The notes beneath the pieces were generated by a model that did no database searches, was not told the origin of the DNA, and worked only from the letters and a program-made list of their open reading frames with translations. This document shows, in pieces, positions 47,258 to 55,477 of a stretch of 64,000 nucleotides of DNA. Position 1 is the first letter of the stretch. The number at the start of each line of letters is the position of its first letter. This DNA is from an uncultured Oscillospiraceae bacterium (lineage in GTDB: Bacteria > Bacillota > Clostridia > Oscillospirales > Ruminococcaceae). The DNA is taken from assembly GCA_964369635.1 (NCBI GenBank), contig CAYJGN010000001.1, positions 8,847 to 72,846 on the forward strand, read 5' to 3'. The position numbers were made by a program, and so were the translations under genes.

Positions 47258-47791
47258 CTAAAATTCATTAAATGAGCAAATTTCAGAAAACTCTTTTCGA
47301 CTTTTATTTGTAGGTTTGTCACTCACGCTATACCCAAGTGCAATAACCATCCTAATCTTAACATCACAAGGCACCTTAAATCGCTCGCGAATCATCTTTT
47401 CATCAAACAGACCGATAATACAGCTTCCAATACCCAAATCCGCCGCCGCATAGCAGATAGCAGAAGTGGCACCGCCAAGATCAAAGTCGGCATAGAATTG
47501 GCTGTCACACTCAAGGCTTTTCATAAGCGTTACTTTAGACTCGCAAACGATAATATAGCTCGAAACATCAACTGTCCATCTATTTATCGAATAATTTTCA
47601 TCAATTATGCACTCGTGCATCGCAGCTCCCACATCGCCGTCTGCAACGATAAATCTCCATGGTTGCGAGTTACAGGCAGAAGGAGACAAAGCAGCAGTAT
47701 TAATAATCGAGATTATATCATCTCTACTAACCTTTTTATCGCTATATTTTCTTATGCTACTTCTATTAATAGCAAGTTCTTTAAAACTCAT
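47258..47791 (-). CDS. nitroreductase family protein
   Basis: RSSIRKYSDKKV....SPSACNSQPWRFIV is the classic nitroreductase N-terminus. Confidence 0.8.
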   Translation of the reverse strand: MSFKELAINRSSIRKYSDKKVSRDDIISIINTAALSPSACNSQPWRFIVADGDVGAAMHECIIDENYSINRWTVDVSSYIIVCESKVTLMKSLECDSQFYADFDLGGATSAICYAAADLGIGSCIIGLFDEKMIRERFKVPCDVKIRMVIALGYSVSDKPTNKSRKEFSEICSFNEF

Positions 47792-48021
47792 AAACTACCC
47801 CTTTTTTAACGAATTATTATTTAAATAATATCATAAGGGGTAAAAAATGTAAATAAAATAACCTCTATAGTTTATATATCTTCTGAAAGGATGTTTGTTT
47901 TTAAAGTGTTCAATTAGTGCATTTATTTTTTAATAAACTTTAATATTAAGTTTGAAACATCACTTTACCACTGGCATATTCTACATTAAAAACAAACAAA
48001 TTGGGTGCAGCGTCACGCTGC

Positions 48022-48606
48022 TGGTGCGATCACCGGGACAGTAATTTTGCTTTACAAAATTACCACCCTCGCAAATCTTCGATTTGCTCACGCATTTTTT
48101 CTAAAAATATGCCACTGGCATATTTTACAACGAAAAAACCCACTTTGGCTTCAAGTCCCTTTTTACAGTGAAATTATAAAAAAATATCTCCCACAGTTTT
48201 CACTGTAGAAGATATTTGGTGCGATCACCGGGACAGTAATTTTGCTTTGCAAAATTACCACCCTCGCAAATCTTCGATTTGCTCACGCATTTTTTCTAAA
48301 AATATGCCACTGGCATATTTTACAACGAAAAAACCCACTTTGGCTTCAAGTCCCTTTTTACAGTGAAATTATAAAAAAATATCTCCCACAGTTTTCACTG
48401 TAGAAGATATTTGGTGCGATCACCGGGACAGTAATTTTGCTTTGCAAAATTACCACCCTCGCAAATCTTCGATTTGCTCACGCATTTTTTCTAAAAATAT
48501 GCCACTGGCATATTTTACAACGAAAAAACCCACTTTGGCTTCAAGTCCCTTTTTACAGTGAAATTATAAAAAAATATCTCCCACAGTTTTCACTGTAGAA
48601 GATATT
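48022..48606. repeat. 3 x 195-bp perfect-period tandem repeat, each unit carrying the 18-nt 3' end of tRNA-Leu
   Basis: Units at 48022-48216, 48217-48411 and 48412-48606. Each starts with TGGTGCGATCACCGGGAC. I saw one substitution (48054 A versus G at 48249 and 48444). Confidence 0.95.
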
Positions 48607-48689
48607 TGGTGCGATCACCGGGACTTGAACCCGGATGGTTGCCCACACGCCCCTCAAACGTGCGCGTCTGCCAGTTCCGCCATGATCGC
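48607..48689 (-). tRNA. tRNA-Leu (anticodon GAG), CCA encoded
   Basis: Folded by hand. Acceptor GCGATCA/TGATCGC. D-arm GCG-GAACTGGCAGA-CGC. Anticodon stem CACGT/GCGTG with loop TTGAGGG. Long variable arm TGGGCAACCAT. T-arm CCGGG-TTCAAGT-CCCGG. Discriminator A followed by CCA. Confidence 0.9.
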
Positions 48690-48745
48690 TCGATGTCACG
48701 AGCTATATTATATCATTACCAGCGGACAAAAGTCAACACTTTTTG

Positions 48746-49228
48746 TTAATTTAATTTGTTTATTGAAATAGATAAAATGAGCGCAAAAAATATCCATACA
48801 ATATATGGTAATGTCAGTATTCCAGCTTTTATATTTACCGTTAAAAAATTATATAACATTACTATTGAAACAAGAATTAACGCTACCAAAACCAAAAGAG
48901 CCGCTTCTCTGTTCCCTTGAATAAAAAAGACATAATACCAGACGAAATTTAGAAAAATTGTTATATAGTAAATTATCGCACTGCTTGGTGTATAGTTTTC
49001 TGATGTGAAAACTATATAAGAAGCTATTATAAGCATTATATACAAAACAGACCAAACAAGCGAAAAAACAGCCGCTGGCGGCGCGAAATCCGGCCGCGAA
49101 AACGATTCGTAATCAAACCGTACCATATCCCCTGTAAATGCCGCGAAACCCATAAGTAGTAGTACTGGCAGAACCGACATTGCTATCTCTTTAATTCGAA
49201 AAACTGCTATTTTCATATATTTCACCAC
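48746..49228 (-). CDS. tspO: TspO/MBR family tryptophan-rich sensory protein
   Basis: 160 aa with five TM segments and the FAPPAAVFSLVWSVLYIML motif. Confidence 0.75.
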   Translation of the reverse strand: MVKYMKIAVFRIKEIAMSVLPVLLLMGFAAFTGDMVRFDYESFSRPDFAPPAAVFSLVWSVLYIMLIIASYIVFTSENYTPSSAIIYYITIFLNFVWYYVFFIQGNREAALLVLVALILVSIVMLYNFLTVNIKAGILTLPYIVWIFFALILSISINKLN

Positions 49229-49320
49229 CTAAATAAAATATATGATTGTTTTTTTAAAAAATGATAATAATTTTGTTTTGATGTTATTATATTTTTTGAA
49301 GCATGCGCAAAAAAAGAAAG

Positions 49321-49402
49321 CACCCACCCGCAGCAGCTATGCATTTATGCATAGCTACTGCTTTGCAGTCGGCGACTAAAAGTCGCCAGCTGCGGGTGGG
49401 TG
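49321..49402 (-). terminator. GC-rich four-way-junction terminator after the ACT-domain gene
   Basis: A 14-bp closing stem (CACCCACCCGCAGC / GCTGCGGGTGGGTG) encloses three perfect hairpins (AGCTATGCA 9 bp, ACTGC 5 bp, GGCGACT 7 bp). The minus sense continues CTTTCTTTTTTTG. Confidence 0.6.
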
Positions 49403-49429
49403 TGTTGTTCTGTTTTGGATATGCAAAAA

Positions 49430-49852
49430 CTAAATATCAGATTTTTTCAAAACCTTTATTCCTGCATTAAGCAGAACTTCAACTGCTTTTTCATTCTCCT
49501 CAACACGAAGAATAACATAAGCGTGGTTTCTGTTTCGCGAAACATATGCATAGAGGTAATCAACATTTATTCCAGCCTCTGCAAGCGTTTCAAGTGCATT
49601 ACAAAGTCCACCAGGACTATCCTTGACCCCAACAGCAATAACCTTCGTGATTGAAACGGTATGACCATCTTCTTTTAATGCTTCACAAGCTTTTTGAGGA
49701 TCATCAACGATAAGCCTTAAAATACCAAAATCAGCTGTATCTGCAAGCGAAAGCGCTTTAATATCTATCTGCGCATCTCTTAAAACACTTGTAATTTTGA
49801 TAAGTTTCCCCTTTTCGTTCTCAACGAATACTGAAAGTTGTTCTATTAACAT
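49430..49852 (-). CDS. ACT domain-containing protein
   Basis: 140 aa in two ACT-like halves. This is the usual last gene of ior/paaK operons. Confidence 0.7.
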   Translation of the reverse strand: MLIEQLSVFVENEKGKLIKITSVLRDAQIDIKALSLADTADFGILRLIVDDPQKACEALKEDGHTVSITKVIAVGVKDSPGGLCNALETLAEAGINVDYLYAYVSRNRNHAYVILRVEENEKAVEVLLNAGIKVLKKSDI

Positions 49853-49867
49853 AATAATTACCTCCTA

Positions 49868-51184
49868 TTATTTTCTTTTATCTATAACCCGAACTGCTTT
49901 TCCTTCGCTTCTCGGGATAGATTTTGGCTCAACAAGTTTAACCTTTGCCGCAATTCCAAGTGTTGATTCAATAGCGGCACGCAAACCCTTCTCATGCTCT
50001 TCAACCTCTGCCACTTTATCAGAGAAAAACTCAGGCGACATTTCAACTAAAATCGTTATTCTATCGAGGTTATCAACCCTCTCAACAATAATCTGATAAT
50101 GTGGTGCAACACTTGATTTAGTCAAGATAACGCTCTCTATCTGCGATGGGAAAACATTAACTCCTCTGATAATCAGCATATCGTCAGTTCTACCGCTCGG
50201 CTTCGACATTTTGATAAGAGTTCTACCGCAGCTGCAATTCTCTCGCCAAATTTTCGCTATATCACGAGTCCTATAACGAATTAGCGGGAGTGTTTCTTTT
50301 GTGATACAGGTAAAAACAAGCTCACCATATTCACCGTCCGGTAAAACCTCGCCTGTATCAGGGTCGATAATCTCCGGCACAAAATGATCTTCATTAACAT
50401 GCATACCGCTCTGATCACTGCACTCGATAGAAACACCAGGCCCCATAATTTCCGATAAACCATAGATATCATATGCTTTTATCTTCATTCGCTTCTCTAT
50501 CTCTGAGCGCATATCTTCAGTCCAAGGTTCTGCGCCGAAAATTCCAGCTTTTAGCTTCGTATCAGCGGGGTCTATTCCCATCTCTTCCATAGCTTCAACT
50601 AAATATAGCGCGTATGACGGTGTGCAGCAGAGAATTTCACTCTCAAAGTCAACAATGATATTTATCTGTCTGTTTGTATTTCCCGATGAAACAGGAATTG
50701 CAGTTGCACCGAGCTTTTCAGTACCATAATGCATACCAAGTCCACCAGTAAAGAGACCATAGCCATACGAAACATGTATTTTCGAGCTTTTATCTCCTCC
50801 TGCCGCAACGATAGCTCTCGCACAGCACTCTGACCATGCATCAATATCGTTTGCAGTATATCCAACAACCGTCTGTTTGCCCGTTGTTCCACTTGATGCG
50901 TGAATACGAACAACATCATCCATAGGAGTTGCAAACAGGCCATATGGATAGGTATCACGAAGATCTTGTTTGTAGGTAAATGGTAGTTTTGAAAGATCAT
51001 CTATTGATGTTATATCTTCGGGTTTTATCCCCATCTCATCAAATTTCTGCTTGTAAAACGGAACATTTTCATAAACTCTTTTTACAGTATCGATAAGCCT
51101 TTTCGATTGTATCTCTTTCATCGACGAAAGTTCTATTGTTTCTATCTTCTCATCGTAATATCTCAACTTTATACCCCCCAGCAA
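49868..51184 (-). CDS. paaK: phenylacetate-CoA ligase family protein
   Basis: SSGTTGKQTVVGYT AMP-binding motif and a PaaK-type N-terminus (YENVPFYKQKF). The start may be the second TTG at 51166, behind GGGGGT. Confidence 0.85.
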   Translation of the reverse strand: MLGGIKLRYYDEKIETIELSSMKEIQSKRLIDTVKRVYENVPFYKQKFDEMGIKPEDITSIDDLSKLPFTYKQDLRDTYPYGLFATPMDDVVRIHASSGTTGKQTVVGYTANDIDAWSECCARAIVAAGGDKSSKIHVSYGYGLFTGGLGMHYGTEKLGATAIPVSSGNTNRQINIIVDFESEILCCTPSYALYLVEAMEEMGIDPADTKLKAGIFGAEPWTEDMRSEIEKRMKIKAYDIYGLSEIMGPGVSIECSDQSGMHVNEDHFVPEIIDPDTGEVLPDGEYGELVFTCITKETLPLIRYRTRDIAKIWRENCSCGRTLIKMSKPSGRTDDMLIIRGVNVFPSQIESVILTKSSVAPHYQIIVERVDNLDRITILVEMSPEFFSDKVAEVEEHEKGLRAAIESTLGIAAKVKLVEPKSIPRSEGKAVRVIDKRK

Positions 51185-51741
51185 TATCCAAGCTCAAATG
51201 CCTTTAAATTAACATCAATAAACTGCTCTTTAACAGACTTCCGAAGACTATCAATCCAAATATCTTTCGGTATATCCATAGTATTCGCCAGGACACCCAT
51301 CATAACAACATTAACAGCTTTTGTGTTCCCAGCTTCTTCGGCTTTTGAGAGAGCGTCAAGTGATATAACTTTAATGCCTTTTTTCTCAATCTTCTCAACC
51401 AAATCACTCGGATAATCAGCAGCACCGGTTATAACAGGCATAGGGTCTATCTGCTGGGTATTAACTAATAAAACTCCACCCTCTTTAAGTGAGGATATAT
51501 ATCTTGCTCCCTCGAGCAGCTCAAATGCAACAACCGCATCTGCCTCTCCATTTTCAATAGTTGGAGAATGAACGCTCTCCCCATATTTAACATAAGTTAC
51601 AACGCTACCGCCCCTCTGGCTCATACCATGAACCTCTGAAACTTTAACATCGTAATCTTTGCTTGTAAGAACATTTCCAAGCAACTTACTTGCAAGCAGA
51701 CTTCCCTGTCCGCCAACTCCAACAACCATAATGCTCCCCAT
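51169..51741 (-). CDS. iorB: indolepyruvate ferredoxin oxidoreductase, beta subunit
   Basis: VVGVGGQGSLLASKLLG N-terminus, 190 aa, immediately downstream of iorA. Confidence 0.85.
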   Translation of the reverse strand: MGSIMVVGVGGQGSLLASKLLGNVLTSKDYDVKVSEVHGMSQRGGSVVTYVKYGESVHSPTIENGEADAVVAFELLEGARYISSLKEGGVLLVNTQQIDPMPVITGAADYPSDLVEKIEKKGIKVISLDALSKAEEAGNTKAVNVVMMGVLANTMDIPKDIWIDSLRKSVKEQFIDVNLKAFELGYCWGV

Positions 51742-53468
51742 TAGCGCACCTCCCGTATAGCATTAAATTTACAAACTTTTTGGCAAAGCCCACAGCCAAC
51801 ACATAGCGATTTATCAATATTAACACCATCTTCAGTTGCTTTAATTGCAGGACAGCCTATCTTCATGCATGCTTTGCAGTTTTTACAGTCTTTCACAATT
51901 AGTGGTGGATATTTTTTAACGCTCTTTAGAAGAACACAAGGTCTTCTCGCAATTATAACAGATGGAGCATTAAGCGATGTTGCTTCTTTTACCGTCTTCT
52001 CAAACTCTATTAGATCACAAGGGTCAACTACAAAGACGTTTTTAATCCCAACAGACTCACAAAGCATCTCAAGGTTTATAGCTGATGCCGGCTCACCTAT
52101 TATATTCATACCGTTTAGCGGGTTATTCTGATGTCCAGTCATACCTGTTATGCTGTTGTCAAGAACTATAACCGTGCTGTTTGTGTTGTTATAAACAGCG
52201 TTTATAAGCCCCGTAATACCCGAATGGGCAAATGTTGAGTCGCCTATAACCGCAACCCTCTTATTTGCATTTTCACTATCGCTTAAATTCATACCGTGCA
52301 GCGCTGAAACAGATGCTCCCATGCAGATAGTTGAGTCAATTCCAAATAGCGGAGCGCCAGCACCGAGGGTGTAGCATCCGATATCGCCTGAAACGGTGTA
52401 TTTTAGTTTTGATAAAATATGGAAAGCACCTCTATGCGGACAGCCTGGACATAGCACAGGTGGGCGCATAGGCATATTTTCATCAAGGGTTTTAAAGGCA
52501 AATTTCTCACCGAGTATTGCCTCTCGAACAGCTGCTGCAGTCATCTCACCAATTCTTGGTAAAACTTTTGATCCTACAACAGAAATATCATTTTGAAGAC
52601 AGAAGTTTTCTATAAATGGGTCGAGCTCCTCAACAACATAAACAATATCTTTATCTTTGCAGAAGTCTGCTATTAAATCTTTCGATAACGGATAAACCAT
52701 ACCGAGTTTTAGGTATGAAACCTTATCCCCAAGAGCCTCTCTTGCATATTGATAGCTAATTCCACTTGTTATAACGCCTATTTCGCTATTGTTATCTATT
52801 ATTTTGTTATAGCGATTACTACCAGCAATCTCTTCAAGTTCGCCCATCCTCTTCTCAACAACAAGCCTTCTGCCCCTTGCAAAGCCCGGCATCATAACGA
52901 ATTTCGCTGGGTCTTTTTTATATTCTTTTCTCGCTATTTGTGCTCTATCTTCTGTTGTGGTCATAGTTTGTGTGTGTGAGATACGAGTGGATAATCTTAT
53001 TATAACAGGAGTATCGCACTCTTCAGATAGCTCAAAAGCTGTTTTGGTGAAAAGGCGGCATTCCTCAGAGTCTGCCGGCTCAAGCACCGGTATCTTTGAT
53101 GCATACCCAAGGTTTCTTGTATCCTGCTCATTTTGTGATGAGTGCATACCAGGGTCGTCTGCAACGGCTATAACAAGTCCGCCATTGACACCGGTGTACG
53201 ACACTGTAAAAAGCGGGTCTGCCGCAACATTAAGACCAACATGCTTCATCGCTGAAAATGCACGTGAGCCCATAATCGATGCGCCAATAGCAGTTTCAAG
53301 AGCTACCTTTTCATTTGGCGCCCATTCGCTTTTAATCTCGCTATAACCGCTAATATATTCAGTTATCTCGGTACTTGGAGTTCCAGGATAGCTTGAAACA
53401 ACCTGCGCCCCCGATTCATAAACTCCTCTGGCAACCGCTTCGTTGCCAAGCATAAGTTTCTTTTTCAT
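51741..53468 (-). CDS. iorA: indolepyruvate ferredoxin oxidoreductase, alpha subunit
   Basis: TPP-binding GDSTFAHSG, plus C-terminal 2x[4Fe-4S] motifs CKACMKIGCP and CVGCGLCQKVC. Confidence 0.85.
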   Translation of the reverse strand: MKKKLMLGNEAVARGVYESGAQVVSSYPGTPSTEITEYISGYSEIKSEWAPNEKVALETAIGASIMGSRAFSAMKHVGLNVAADPLFTVSYTGVNGGLVIAVADDPGMHSSQNEQDTRNLGYASKIPVLEPADSEECRLFTKTAFELSEECDTPVIIRLSTRISHTQTMTTTEDRAQIARKEYKKDPAKFVMMPGFARGRRLVVEKRMGELEEIAGSNRYNKIIDNNSEIGVITSGISYQYAREALGDKVSYLKLGMVYPLSKDLIADFCKDKDIVYVVEELDPFIENFCLQNDISVVGSKVLPRIGEMTAAAVREAILGEKFAFKTLDENMPMRPPVLCPGCPHRGAFHILSKLKYTVSGDIGCYTLGAGAPLFGIDSTICMGASVSALHGMNLSDSENANKRVAVIGDSTFAHSGITGLINAVYNNTNSTVIVLDNSITGMTGHQNNPLNGMNIIGEPASAINLEMLCESVGIKNVFVVDPCDLIEFEKTVKEATSLNAPSVIIARRPCVLLKSVKKYPPLIVKDCKNCKACMKIGCPAIKATEDGVNIDKSLCVGCGLCQKVCKFNAIREVR

Positions 53469-53477
53469 ATATCCACC

Positions 53478-54779
53478 TTACCCATTCCTTAAATCTACAA
53501 CACGCACAGCCTTACCGATAAATCTCTCGATAGTCTTTGGTGCGACAAGCGAAACTTTGCAATCGAGTCCGAGGACCGATAACAGTTTGCTTCGAACCAT
53601 CTTCTGCACCATCTCAAGGTCTTTATAGCTCTCAAGCACCGATGCATCAATTAACTCAACTTTAACTTCAAGCCTGTCCGCAAAACCCTCTCTTGAAACT
53701 ATCAGCTGATAGTGCGGCCCAAGTTGCGGTATTTTAACAATAACACTCTCTATCTGCGATGGGAAAACATTAACTCCGCGGATTTTCAGCATATCATCGC
53801 TTCTTCCGCGAATCTTGTCCATCCTGCGATGGGTTCGCCCACAACCACAGGTATCGCTATTAAGCTCTGTTATATCTTTAGTTCTATATCTTATCAGCGG
53901 TATTCCTTCTTTTGTTAGAGTTGAGAGGACAAGCTCACCCTCGACACCATCCCCCAAAACCTTTAGGCTATTGCTATCAATAATTTCAGGGTAAAAATGA
54001 TCTTCTGCGATATGCATACCGCATCTTAAATAACAGTCCCCCGAAACTCCAGGACCTATTATTTCAGATAAACCATAGTTATCTGTTGCAAAAATTCCAA
54101 GTGCATCCTCTATTGCATCGCGCATCTCAAGAGAGCATCCTTCTGAACCAAAAAATCCTAATTTCAGCTTAAAGTCCTCTCTTTTATATCCAAGATCTTT
54201 CATAACTTCCGCTATATGCAAAGCATAAGACGGGGTTGAAACAAGTCCTGTTGCACCAAGGTCGGCAAGCATCTTAATCTGCTTTTCGGTATTTCCGCTC
54301 GATGCTGGAATAACCATAGCTCCGATATTTTCAAGTCCATAATGCAGACCGAGCGCTCCTGTAAACAGGCCATAACCAAATGCAATTTGCACGATATCCT
54401 CATCACTGCACCCAGCGGCAACAAGCAACCTCGCAACCACCTCTGACCAGTTGTTTATATCATTTTTGGTATATCCAACAACAGTAGGGTTACCAGTCGT
54501 TCCGCTTGAAGCATGAACTCTGACTATATCCTTCCTTTTCGCGGCAAATAGCCCTGTTGGATAATTATCTCTAATATCCTCTTTTGTCGTTACTGGTATA
54601 TGCTCAATATCTGATAGCGATTTTATCTTATCAGCAGTAATGCCAGCCTTTGCAAATCTCTCCCTATAAAACGGAACATTTTCTGTGCAATACGAGATTA
54701 GTCTTTTAAACCTTTCAAGTTGCATCGCATCAAGCTCTTCTCGCTTTAGCGTTTCTATTTCTTTGTTCCAAAATGTCAT
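53478..54779 (-). CDS. paaK: phenylacetate-CoA ligase family protein (second copy)
   Basis: SSGTTGNPTVVGYT and ENVPFYRERF motifs. 433 aa. Confidence 0.85.
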   Translation of the reverse strand: MTFWNKEIETLKREELDAMQLERFKRLISYCTENVPFYRERFAKAGITADKIKSLSDIEHIPVTTKEDIRDNYPTGLFAAKRKDIVRVHASSGTTGNPTVVGYTKNDINNWSEVVARLLVAAGCSDEDIVQIAFGYGLFTGALGLHYGLENIGAMVIPASSGNTEKQIKMLADLGATGLVSTPSYALHIAEVMKDLGYKREDFKLKLGFFGSEGCSLEMRDAIEDALGIFATDNYGLSEIIGPGVSGDCYLRCGMHIAEDHFYPEIIDSNSLKVLGDGVEGELVLSTLTKEGIPLIRYRTKDITELNSDTCGCGRTHRRMDKIRGRSDDMLKIRGVNVFPSQIESVIVKIPQLGPHYQLIVSREGFADRLEVKVELIDASVLESYKDLEMVQKMVRSKLLSVLGLDCKVSLVAPKTIERFIGKAVRVVDLRNG

Positions 54780-54811
54780 AAGCCCACTCCCCTTGTTATG
54801 CAGATATAAAA

Positions 54812-54839
54812 ATTATAACATCTATGAGATATTAGTCAA
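54812..54839 (-). promoter_or_regulatory. sigma-A-type promoter of the paaK-iorAB operon
   Basis: Minus sense: TTGACT (rc 54834-54839, overlapping the mntP stop), a 16-nt spacer, then TGTTATAAT (TATAAT is rc of 54812-54817). AAGGGGAG RBS before the ATG at 54779. Confidence 0.5.
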
Positions 54840-55399
54840 GAAAAATGTAGAGATAAATCGGTTATTAAAACTATAAACCCATTTATAATCAAACTGCCGC
54901 CAGCAATAAAAACTATTGGTTTTATATATAAGTCCCCTATTTTATTTCCGATATATAGCGAGAAGACAACGACTATCGTTGTAACAATAAAAATAGTCGA
55001 TAAAAATATATAGATATTTCCAAAAGAAGCTCCAACAGAAAAACCCGCGGCGGCACTATCAATACTTGTGAGGAATGCTTTTTTTATAAAACTTGTAAAT
55101 GATATATCAGATTTATGCTCATAATCCCCTGCGCGAAAAGAGAATATCATAGCCGCTCCGAGATAAACAAGGATAAAATAAGCCACAAAATGGTCATAGT
55201 TGTTTATTATAATATAGAGACTTTCACCGAGGTTATAGCCTATAAATGGTAATATAATGCAGATACTTCCATATGCAACCACCGCTTTTAGCACAGTTTT
55301 TATCCGTACTCTATTAAGCGACATCCCATCTGAAATGCAAATAGCTCCTGCATCCATCGAAACTGATATCGCGATAAAAATTATTGTTATAAGAGACAT
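54836..55399 (-). CDS. mntP: manganese efflux pump MntP
   Basis: The N-terminus IAISVSMDAGAICISDGM and the second half-repeat SIDSAAAGFSVG are typical of MntP (DUF204 x2). Confidence 0.8.
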   Translation of the reverse strand: MSLITIIFIAISVSMDAGAICISDGMSLNRVRIKTVLKAVVAYGSICIILPFIGYNLGESLYIIINNYDHFVAYFILVYLGAAMIFSFRAGDYEHKSDISFTSFIKKAFLTSIDSAAAGFSVGASFGNIYIFLSTIFIVTTIVVVFSLYIGNKIGDLYIKPIVFIAGGSLIINGFIVLITDLSLHFS

Positions 55400-55477
55400 T
55401 TTCCACCTACCTACTGGTTTTTATATTATTTTTATGGTAGAATACCTAATATATATAATTAATTTTAAGGATAAAAT

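Noticed and set aside
48005-48208. 67-aa ORF running into the tandem repeat
   Set aside because: It has a GTG start and no RBS. It terminates within the first unit and does not recur in frame across the other units. The region is better explained as non-coding repeat.
48022-48606. The 195-bp repeats as a CRISPR array
   Set aside because: The units are contiguous and identical over their full length, with no unique spacers. The period of 195 bp is far larger than CRISPR repeat plus spacer, and no cas genes are present.
47792-48689. A prophage or integrative island inserted at tRNA-Leu
   Set aside because: No integrase, excisionase or phage genes occur anywhere in the window. No distal copy of the 18-nt tRNA end was seen beyond the tandem array, so only an att-like scar or array can be claimed.
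55400-55477. A yybP-ykoY manganese riboswitch upstream of mntP
   Set aside because: The upstream spacer is only 78 nt and extremely AT-rich. It has no recognisable four-helix structure or conserved GC-rich core.
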